The notes under the pieces: model-generated
Databases searched by the model: none
The model's input: the letters and a program-made list of their open reading frames with translations, nothing else
Told to the model about the DNA's origin: nothing
Shown: positions 57,001 through 64,000 of the stretch, piece by piece
How positions within the stretch are numbered: the stretch's first letter is position 1
Layout of the letters: every line of letters starts with the position of its first letter
Translations under genes and position numbers: made by a program
Assembly: GCA_027315455.1 (NCBI GenBank)
Contig: DAHUXZ010000006.1
Span: 8,952-72,951 of the forward strand
Direction of reading: 5' to 3'
Origin: Thermoplasmata archaeon
GTDB taxonomy: Archaea; Thermoplasmatota; Thermoplasmata; Lutacidiplasmatales; UBA184
DNA: 64,000 nucleotides

Positions 57001-58097
57001 CCGCAGGTGACGCAGTGCGGAATGCCCCGTCGGACCCGGAGCTGGGCGAACAGGAGCCCGCTCTCCGTGACGTCCCGGAGGACGAACGCCTCGGCGTCCT
57101 CCAGCGTGAGCCGCTGGTACTTGTGCGCGACGTCCTCGGTCAGGCGCCCGCTCAGGTCGGCGACGGACCAGCCGGGGATCCCGAGCGCCGCGGCCGCGTG
57201 GTAGTCGGCCGCCCCGTGGGCCGGAACGAGCGCGATGACCCCGGTGCCGGAGTCGCCGACCTCCGCCGACGCGAGCACGGTCCCGGCGGGCGGGGGGAGG
57301 TTCGCGAGAACGGGGGACTCCATGGCCAGCGGATGGACGTAGGCCGTCCCCGCCCACCGGCGGCCGGGCGCCTCTTCGAGGACCTCGATCTCGGCGCCGT
57401 CGAGCCACTGGATGACCCGGTCGATCGCGGACCGTAGGATGACGATCCGTTCCTCGACCCCGCGCCGGCGGTAACGGGCCGTGACGTAGGGCATCGTCGG
57501 GTGGACGAGGATCGCCGTCGTCCCGAGGAGCTTCCAGAGCGAGTCGGTCCAGACGAGGAGGCTCGTCCGGGGCGGCGCGCCGGCGATCGGAAAGCGGACG
57601 AGGTACGCCGGTCCCGGCGCCTCGGCATAGACGATCCCCTCAGGGCTCCGGGGGAGGCGGCAGGACGGGCAGGTCCGAAGCGGCGTCGACCGGCTCACCA
57701 GGAGCCGACGGGCCGCGAGACGATCCACGACCTCCTGAAGTCGCTGCGGCCCGACCGCTTCGGTGAGGGGGCGCACACGGCCCCCCTCGGTCGCGATCCC
57801 CGCGCGACGCAGGAGGGGCAGCACACCCTCCCCCGCCGACCCCTGGTCCACCATCCAGAGCGTCCCGCGCGGTCGCGCCCCCGCCTGCGCGAGGTAGCGG
57901 GCCCCGGCATCGGCGGCCACGGCACGGGCGAGGACCTGGGCGGCGGGGTCAGCGGCCGCTACGGTCCCGGGGAACTGGAGGACCCGGGGTTCCCCCCCTT
58001 CCCCGTCACGGGCGAATAGATTGGGTCGGGAGGCCCAGAACAGCCAGGCCTCGGATTCGATCGCCGCGGGGTCGTAGCGTGGGGAGAGAAGGTGCAT
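54054..58097 (-). CDS. Catalytically inactive isoleucyl-tRNA synthetase paralog fused to HhH and DUF835 domains
   Basis: Colinear archaeal-type IleRS landmarks (YDPxxIE..FW, CPSC, LLVWT, GTG...PAHG..DY, PHCVTC, ADALR, APILPFTMEAI, PNL..RYG) without HIGH or KMSKS; IPGFGP HhH; C-terminal GLCLSR/VVWLSN/YLEGVEYL. Confidence 0.85.
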   Translation of the reverse strand: MHLLSPRYDPAAIESEAWLFWASRPNLFARDGEGGEPRVLQFPGTVAAADPAAQVLARAVAADAGARYLAQAGARPRGTLWMVDQGSAGEGVLPLLRRAGIATEGGRVRPLTEAVGPQRLQEVVDRLAARRLLVSRSTPLRTCPSCRLPRSPEGIVYAEAPGPAYLVRFPIAGAPPRTSLLVWTDSLWKLLGTTAILVHPTMPYVTARYRRRGVEERIVILRSAIDRVIQWLDGAEIEVLEEAPGRRWAGTAYVHPLAMESPVLANLPPPAGTVLASAEVGDSGTGVIALVPAHGAADYHAAAALGIPGWSVADLSGRLTEDVAHKYQRLTLEDAEAFVLRDVTESGLLFAQLRVRRGIPHCVTCGSALHWDVGRAWCLAPNRLSPQRTALYQRLLPDAPEVGASEVVPWPVSAGEITSEPDAPALSECQSCGELAPSDAPDRCGCGGVRLVSRRHLLPPVHAAVVAWAAAAPVAPADSAWLYLPERRRAPALVHHLLAMEAVDADPKELKVATIPTLPSSEVPARPGLGESADALRAALLLTERAPRNGELTLVNRREQEDRRLRKSWETAREILERFAAERFDPDAAVVTRPLEGLTEEDRAFLSLFERMRLEVLRLYDRGELAAAHERLAQFMEEDLRAGYLPLAGPRLASAGPSSGKAAALNVLGHVLPRWVELSAPILPFTMEAIHRALRGDHESVFERTFAPVQEALLDANAERAYGVWRELRTAVARYRRELKVAPSADLPPIVVYLNDEETAGLVRDRPEILARIAGAASVQIASPARPWDARRVEASPNLERIRARYGPVAGRIARLLEQLTGTQIQDGLKDGRLEVVLDGLPYPIAATMVDLTESLPEGVVAVPWRLGELLLRPPGASGDATGGAPPPLTPDGFRLFREVHRQLGRLPQPSLVSEIAVQISGPLAAELERLLPSLGPAFGGVPVRLVPSGEPVPEGWGVEGRTRRGDRWRCVLVGAPAAPARHKVRPRRDRRPRVRPRPPAPAAWEGTDYLDESLRARESAIRDAVTAFDTELRRPVLGPTKLAMAWEAGLGSYEEIAHAPFERLAPIPGFGPEVAALLVEHFGGPSPPRPLRPRVVVCAPSGTQGPAPAAAPSPAPPQGEAAAEDPVAPRAAPRTAPMPVPVLPPPVGVPPAPAEPTGIGPGTAPAPPAPVLPALTPADPAAVRSPAPAAPAVLPPRTGVEVWPERSPGTSWSEFLAATELPRRGLCLSRDFPDRLRASLGPRAVEVVWLSNVRREGSFPPTDLAALTELFRRAFGERGVEAAYLEGVEYLVRIHTAERTAAFLEGLADMARHQGARILVPVNPDLVDPTTFARLHEAFPSGRGDG

Positions 58098-58203
58098 GCG
58101 CTCCCACGTCCGAAACGGGTCGCGGTCGAGAGATTCGCCGCCGGCACGATAAACCCTTGGAGCACGCCGCCGCCCGTCGGGGAGCCCGGGATCGCCGGTG
58201 ATC

Positions 58204-58911
58204 TCAGACGGGCGGAACGAGGCGCGCCCGGGGCCGGGACCGGCGGGTCCGGTTCAGGTCCTCTTCGAGCCGGTTGAGCTCGATGAGGACCTCGGAGGCG
58301 GTCCCCGGCGCCGTCTCGAGTCCCTCGGGCTCGACCGGGGGGGCGACGGAGAGGACGGGGGCGGGGGCATGCACCCGGGCGAGGGGGCCCGCCCGCCCCG
58401 TCAGATTCGTAGCGGCCGGGAAGCCCCGCGGGCGGGCCGGCGACGGTTCGTCCGCCTTTCCCGGGTCCCCCGGCGCACTCCCGCCGTCCTCGGGGGACAT
58501 CCGTCCCGCCCGGGACGGGGCCCTTCGGGTCGCCTCGCGAGATCGCTTTCGGCCGGCCCCGTCCTCCTCGTTCTCTTCGACCGCCATGGAGACTCCCGCC
58601 CCGACCGCGGCGACCGCGCCCAGGGCGTAGAACAGCAACCACACTTCGAGCGGCCCCGCCCCCACCTTCGGGCTGGTCACATGGAGGACCGTACCCACCA
58701 GGGCACAGGTCGCCGTGATGAACCAGAGGGGGCCGGCGTCCTCGAACCGCTCGCGCAGGGAGCGCGGAGCCGCGAGGATCCTTGGGTAGGTCCCGTCCGG
58801 CCCGGCTTCCCGGGGGCCCTCCTCGGGTGCCGCATCCGTCGGGGGCGGGGACGGGACCGACGACGGGGGTGCACGGGGGGGTCGGCCCGGTCGATGGATC
58901 GCCCGTGGCAT
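58204..58911 (-). CDS. Two-TM membrane protein with disordered flanks
   Basis: LWFITATCALVGTVL and VWLLFYALGAVAAVGAGV helices; C-terminal EVLIELNRLEEDL helix. Confidence 0.65.
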   Translation of the reverse strand: MPRAIHRPGRPPRAPPSSVPSPPPTDAAPEEGPREAGPDGTYPRILAAPRSLRERFEDAGPLWFITATCALVGTVLHVTSPKVGAGPLEVWLLFYALGAVAAVGAGVSMAVEENEEDGAGRKRSREATRRAPSRAGRMSPEDGGSAPGDPGKADEPSPARPRGFPAATNLTGRAGPLARVHAPAPVLSVAPPVEPEGLETAPGTASEVLIELNRLEEDLNRTRRSRPRARLVPPV

Positions 58912-58922
58912 CGCCAGCAGGG

Positions 58923-59555
58923 TCACGGGCAGCTCCGGAGGGTGAGGCAGGGATTGAGCGAGACGTGGATGGCGAGCACCCTCGGCACCGCTCGGCTGCC
59001 CAGGTCGAGGAACAGGTCCAAGTGGACGATCTGCGCGGCCGGGGAGCGCCCGGACCCGCTCGAAAAGTAGCCGTGGAAGATGGTCCATCCGCCCGTCGTC
59101 TCGACACCGACCTCGATGTCGAAGGAGAACGGAGCGCCCAGGCGCGACGGCTGAAGGTAGGAGATCACCAGCTCTTCGGCATACGTTCCCGCCACCAGGG
59201 TGGACGGGGCCGCCGAGCGGTAGCCGTCCGTGCACGGGCCGACCCGGCAGGCCGCGACGCGGACCGTTGCGCCGCTCAGACCGAGCGTCCCCGCGGTCTG
59301 CCGACCCGCGGTAGGGAACGTGGACGTCGCTTTGGTCAGGAGGACGATCCCGAGGCCGATCTGGGAGATCGGCGGAGGGCTCGCCCCTTGGGCCATCGCG
59401 AGAGCGGACGGGGAGGCGGCGAGCTGGGTGACGGACGTCGACGCATGGGCGGGCGTCGGAAGAAGAAGTATCAGGACCAGGAACGAGAACGCCGCTGCGA
59501 GGAGACGGGAGGCGGGGCCGGCCCGGTGCCGCGGATGCGCTGGGTGACGACTCAT
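58923..59555 (-). CDS. Secreted protein, paralog of 59700..60326
   Basis: Signal peptide ending PAHA; shares ACxxxPC, E...QP, FD, FLDLG and NxCxxxxxCP with the neighbour. Confidence 0.75.
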   Translation of the reverse strand: MSRHPAHPRHRAGPASRLLAAAFSFLVLILLLPTPAHASTSVTQLAASPSALAMAQGASPPPISQIGLGIVLLTKATSTFPTAGRQTAGTLGLSGATVRVAACRVGPCTDGYRSAAPSTLVAGTYAEELVISYLQPSRLGAPFSFDIEVGVETTGGWTIFHGYFSSGSGRSPAAQIVHLDLFLDLGSRAVPRVLAIHVSLNPCLTLRSCP

Positions 59556-59699
59556 GAGGGGTTCACCGCCGGGTTCTTGCGCGGAGGGTGGCCGGTAGGG
59601 AGGGTCGGTGCGGCGAGGGCGGGGAAGGGGTGGGCGAGGAAGGGGTTCGCGTCGCCGGCATCGGATGTCGGCGGGTCCGTGGGTCCGGCGGGACGGGAC

Positions 59700-60326
59700 C
59701 TACGGGCAGGCCGTCGCGCTCGCGCACTGGTTGAAGATCACCGACACCGAGTTGATCACCGGGGCCGAGCTCGTCCCGAGGTCGATGAAGACGAACACGG
59801 GGACGGCCGAGGTCGTCGCGACGCCGGTCGCGCCGGTCGCGAGGTAGGCGAGCGCCGTCACCGTCGTGGTCGTTACACCGACGGTGATCGAGATCGTGAA
59901 CGCCATGTCGAAGCCGACGCTCGTCCCGGTACCCGCGGGCTGGGTGACGGTCATGGCGATCTGCTCGCCATAGTTACCGGTCGTCTCCGTCGCCGGGCTG
60001 GCCGAGATGAAGTTCCCGGCCGGGCACGGGGTCGTCGCGCAGGCGGCGAGCGCGGCCGGCGTACCCGAGAGGCCCACGGCGCCGCTCGTCTCGCTGCCGC
60101 CGGCGGTGGCCGTCGCCATTCCCGTCGAGAGCACCACCAGTTGCTCCGAAGTGATCGAAGCGATACCGGAGAATCCCCCCGGGGTCGGGCTCTGGGTCAC
60201 GTTCGTCGCCTGCTGGGGGCTCAGGGTCGTGACGGTGGTCGCGGCGAGGGCGTAGCCCCCGATCATCGCGATCATCGCGGCGGCCGTCACGGCGTAGACG
60301 AGGCGTTGCTTGCGCTTTGTCGCCAT
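59700..60326 (-). CDS. Secreted Thr/Ala-rich beta protein, candidate filament/surface subunit
   Basis: MATKRKQRLVYAVTAAAMIAMIGGYALA signal peptide, four Cys, purine-rich SD (GAGGGGGAG). Confidence 0.8.
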   Translation of the reverse strand: MATKRKQRLVYAVTAAAMIAMIGGYALAATTVTTLSPQQATNVTQSPTPGGFSGIASITSEQLVVLSTGMATATAGGSETSGAVGLSGTPAALAACATTPCPAGNFISASPATETTGNYGEQIAMTVTQPAGTGTSVGFDMAFTISITVGVTTTTVTALAYLATGATGVATTSAVPVFVFIDLGTSSAPVINSVSVIFNQCASATACP

Positions 60327-60357
60327 CGGTTGTCTCTCCCCCTCGGGGGAATTGCGA

Positions 60358-60375
60358 ATACGCATCGATGCGTAT
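60358..60375. promoter_or_regulatory. Perfect 18-bp palindrome abutting a TATA box
   Basis: ATACGCATCGATGCGTAT overlaps TATATACA (60373-60380), upstream of 59700..60326. Confidence 0.6.
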
Positions 60376-60550
60376 ATACACTTATTCATCCCGATTGTGC
60401 ATGCGCGGCGTATAACTCGGGGCGCGCCCGCCGTGGTGGGGCGCGCGGGGTGCCCGGACGCCGTCCCGTCCGCCGGTTTCCCCCGACCGGCGTGCCGCCG
60501 CGGGACAACCCTTATCAAGCCCGGCACGTCCTCGGTGGCGGAAGATTGCC

Positions 60551-60937
60551 ATGGCCTGGACGCAGCAGGAAGTTCGCGAGCTCAAGGAAGGCCGCTACAT
60601 GCTCATCGATGACGAGCCCTGCAAGATCCTCAGCATCCAGACCTCGAAACCGGGAAAGCACGGCGAGGCGAAGGCCCGCATCGACGCCGTCGGCGTCTTC
60701 GACGGGTCGAAGCGGAGCGTCGTCTTCCCCGTGAAGCACAAGGTCCAGGTCCCGATGATCGGCAAGCGCCAGGCCCAGGTGCTCTCGCTCACCGACACCG
60801 AGGTCCAGCTGATGGACCTCGAGACCTACGAAACGTTCTCGCTGGCCCTGGAGGCAGAGCTCAAGGGTCAGCTTTCCCCCGGGGGAGAGGTCCAGTACAT
60901 CGATGCCATGGGGAAGCGTCGGATCAGCCGCCCGTAG
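60551..60937 (+). CDS. eif5a: Translation factor aIF5A
   Basis: [14 protein letters not shown] hypusine motif, [11 protein letters not shown]. Confidence 0.96.
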   Translation: MAWTQQEVRELKEGRYMLIDDEPCKILSIQTSKPGKHGEAKARIDAVGVFDGSKRSVVFPVKHKVQVPMIGKRQAQVLSLTDTEVQLMDLETYETFSLALEAELKGQLSPGGEVQYIDAMGKRRISRP

Positions 60938-61049
60938 GCGGGCCCGGCCGCCGCGTGAGCCATCTTTTATATCGCCGGGACGGCATGTTTGCCGGCGCGG
61001 GCCCCCTCCCATCGGGCGTCGGGCCTAGTTCCTCGGGGGGGCGAAGGCC

Positions 61050-64000
61050 ACGACGGGCTCCGGCGGCATCGGAACGCTTCCCTCCTCTCGCCTGACGAGG
61101 ATCCTCCAGGAGAAGGCCGAGCTGCTCAAGAAGCAGCGGCAGAGCGCCGAGGTCGCCCAGCGGGAGGCGGACGAACGGGCCCAGCTCCTCTCCGCCCTCG
61201 ATATCCATCTACCGGAAGCGGCCGACCGCGAGCAGGCCGTCCAGGCCCTCGCTCGCCGCTCGGACTGGGAGGCCGTCGAAGCCCAGTCCCGGGCCTATCT
61301 CGACTACCTCGACAAGGCCGGTCGGCCGGAGGCCGACGCGGTCCGCGGGCGCCTCCTCGAGCGTGCGGCGCAGCTACCCGCGAGCGGAGTCCCCCTGCCG
61401 CCGGCGGTCGCGGCGCTCGTGGACGCGGCCGATCCCGGGCCCGCCGCCGATGAGAAGGCCCGTCTCGAGGGTCTCCTCCGCCTGAAGGAGGCGCTGACCG
61501 GGGTCGAGGGCGAGTTCGCCCGACGGGTCCGGGGCCTGGCCGGAGCGCTGGCCGACTGGGCCGGCGAGCCGCGGGACTCCCGGGGGGACCTGGACTCCCG
61601 GCTCGAGGAGGCGCTCGCTCCCCTCCAGGACGGTCACGCGAAGGAGGCGATCGGGCGGCTTTACGCCGCCGTGCGGGCCGCGGTCCCGCTCGCCCGCGCC
61701 CGCCACGACACGGCCGTGGAGACCGGCCGCAGCATCGCCGCCGTCGCGAAGGACCTGGGATCGCCGACGGAGGACCTCGAGGAGGCCCTCGCCGCGGACG
61801 CGGCCGCGAGCCCCCTCGACTGGCCGGAGAGCGTTGCGAAGCTCGAGCGGGCGAACACGCAGGCCGGGGACGCGCTGCGCGAGCGGGTGGGAGCGACCCT
61901 GGCGGGGCTTCGCACCACGCTCGAATCGCTGCGCGAGCTCGGTGTCGACCCGGAGGACGCGCTGGTGAGCCTCGAGGAGGTCGCGGCGCAGGTGCCGGGA
62001 GCCGCGACCGCTGACATCCCCCGCCTGCTCACCGCCGCCCGGAACGCGACCGAGGAACCGGTGGTCGCGGTCGTGGCGAGCCTGCTCGACGGCGTGCGGC
62101 CGCGCCTGGTCGAGGCCCGCCGTCTCGGCCGGGACGCGAGCGAGGTCTTCGCGGCGATGAACCGCGCGCGCGAGGCGCTGCGGCTGCGCATCTACTCCGA
62201 GGCCCTCGCCGCCAGCCAGGAGGCGATGGACCGGGTCGGCCAGATCACCGCCGACCTCGACTCCACCCGGGAGGAGGCCGATTCCCTCGCGCGCCTCCTC
62301 GAGCGGCTGGGGGCGGCCCGGTTCCCGACCGGCTCCCATCTCGACCGCCTGGCCCGGGCCCGCGAGAAGCTCGACCGCCTGGACCTCGAGGGAGCGCGCA
62401 CCGCCCTCCAGGAGGGGGTGCGGATCCTCGGCGAGGAGGCCGCGCAGCACTTCACCCGGAAGCTCGAGGAGGTCGGCCGCATCCTCCCGGTGGCGGGGGA
62501 GCGGGGGTTCCTCCCGGCCGACGCCGACCGGGAGTTCGATCGGGTGCGCACGCTCCTCGACGAGGGGATGATCGCCGACGCGGGCGAGCAGCTCGCGGCG
62601 CTCGAGGTGCGCCTGCGCGCGGCTGCTGGGCCGTTCATCGCCCGTCGCGTCGAGGAGCTCGAGAAGGGGTTCGTCGACATCCCGGACGAGGGGCTGGTCC
62701 AGCCGGTCCGGCGACTGCTCGCCGACGCGGACGTGAACCTGCGGGTCAAGGAGGACCTGCCCGCCTCCTTGGACAGCCTCAAGCGCGCCGAGCGGGAGTT
62801 CTCCGCGATCTTCGCCGCGCACGCCTCGTCGCTCGTCGAGATGCTCGAGGACGAGCGCCGGTCCCTCGAGGCGATGGGCGGCACCGGCGACGAGATCCAG
62901 CGGCAGATCGACGAGGTCCAGCAGATCTTCAACATGGGGGATTTCGTCAAGGCCTCGCGCGCGTCGCAGGAGATCCGCGCGCGCGTGCACCAGCAGCAGC
63001 TCGTCCGCACCGAGGACGAGATCTCCCATGCCAAGCTCTCGCTGGTCGAGCTCGCGAAGATGGGCGTCGAGGCCGGGGCGCTGCGCACGTCGCTCGAGCA
63101 GGCCCAGGGCTCGGCCGCCGCCCAGCGGTACGCCGAGGCGTACCGAACCGCGTACGAGACCCTGGCGGGCGCGGGCCGCCTCAAGTCCCAGGCCCAGTCG
63201 ATCCTCGACGGGCTCGCCGAGGCGAACGACCTCTGGCAGAACCTCAAGAGCGCCGGCGGCGCGGCCGACGCCTATCGCGAGAAGATCCGGCTCACGAAGG
63301 TGGCGTACCAGGCGCTCGACTTCGACGGGGCGAAGGAGACCCTCGAGATCCTCCTCGCCCTCCTCAAGAGCGAGCAGGCGAACGCGGAGACGCGCCGCCT
63401 CATCGGCGAGTGCGACCTATTGCGCGAGGACGCCCAGCGCCTCTCCGCGCCCACGGAGGAAATCGCCGTCCGGATCGCGGAAGCGCGGACGGCGCTCGAC
63501 GAGGGGCGGTCGGCCGAGGCCCTCACGAAGGCCCGCACGGCCCACGCCGAGATCCACGCGCTCCTCCGGCCGGTCCTCACGGAGAACCTCCGCGGGCTCG
63601 AGCGGGACTACGAGATCGCGCAGGCCGCCGGCCTCGAGGTCTCCTCGGCCCTCGAGCTGCTCGGTGAATCGCGCCGGCGCCTCGCGCTGCCGGTGCCGAC
63701 CGGCGTCGCCGAGCTCCTCGAGAGCGCGCGGAGCCGCCTGGTCGAGACCCGCGGGTTCCTGGAGCACGCCGAGCGCGCCGCCCGGCGGGCGCGGGAGGCC
63801 GTGAGCGAGGCCGAGCTCGTCCGGGCCCCGGGGGTCGACGCGGCCCGGCAGCAGCTCGCCGAGGTCGAATCCGCGCTCAAGAAGCGGGCGTACGCCCGGA
63901 CCGTCGAGCTCGCCGGCACCGTCGAGCGGGAGACGCTCCAGGTCGTCTACCAGCAGGTGTCGAAGACGCTCGCCGCGTTCCAGGGGGTGGTCTCCCGGAC
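61050..64000 (+). CDS. Giant alpha-helical/coiled-coil protein (3' end off the window; start uncertain)
   Basis: Not in the ORF track because it has no stop in the window. One frame reads ILQEKAELLKKQRQ... at 61101 and ...VYQQVSKTLAAFQGVVSR at the window end; A/E/L/R-rich throughout. Confidence 0.85.

Noticed and set aside
54054-58097. Housekeeping ileS or a simple pseudogene
   Set aside because: HIGH and KMSKS are absent, so it is not a working synthetase. The 4-kb frame is unbroken with Zn ligands and extra domains kept, which argues against simple decay.
59700-60326. Type IV pilin / archaellin
   Set aside because: There is no class III signal motif ([KR][GA] directly before the hydrophobic stretch); the signal ends in an AxA-type site and no pilus ATPase or TadC is nearby.
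1-64000. Hundreds of long Arg/Pro/Gly-rich alternative-frame ORFs in the track (e.g. 31524..34286 +, 55149..57437 +, 58782..60734 +)
   Set aside because: Shadow ORFs expected at very high GC; they overlap genes with clear family motifs and have no motifs of their own.
1-64000. CRISPR arrays, tRNA, rRNA, SRP or RNase P RNA
   Set aside because: I saw no regularly spaced repeats, cloverleaf with T-loop or recognisable conserved RNA cores. A covariance search was not possible, so small RNAs may have been missed.

Overview
64-kb window of a very GC-rich archaeal chromosome. Gene content points to Thermoplasmata: archaeal ribosomal proteins LX/L15e/L44e/S27e/L1-P0-L12, aIF2-alpha, aIF5A, fibrillarin/Nop5/Nop10, Trm56, GINS, prefoldin, Pcc1, KaiC-like and DUF835 domains. 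A classical mevalonate kinase suggests a lineage outside Thermoplasmatales (inference). Positions 1-37.8 kb are mostly densely packed housekeeping genes. Positions 37.86-50.1 kb form an accessory island: IS1182 on the left, IS630 on the right, both at CTAG sites that double as stop codons of the convergent flanking genes. The island carries a hydrogenase-4-like (Ehr) complex without Ni ligands and a divergent AbrB-PhoU regulator. Positions 50.1-64 kb hold the most unusual content: a full-length but catalytically dead isoleucyl-tRNA synthetase paralog fused to HhH and DUF835 domains, followed by a kinase-like protein, a helical-repeat protein and a membrane zinc-ribbon protein; two tandem paralogous secreted Cys-containing beta proteins; and a giant coiled-coil gene. 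Three genes lack any ATG/GTG/TTG start in front of their conserved or coding-like N-termini but have a well placed ACG. I recognised no tRNA, rRNA or CRISPR array. All calls rest on motif recognition by eye, without database searches.
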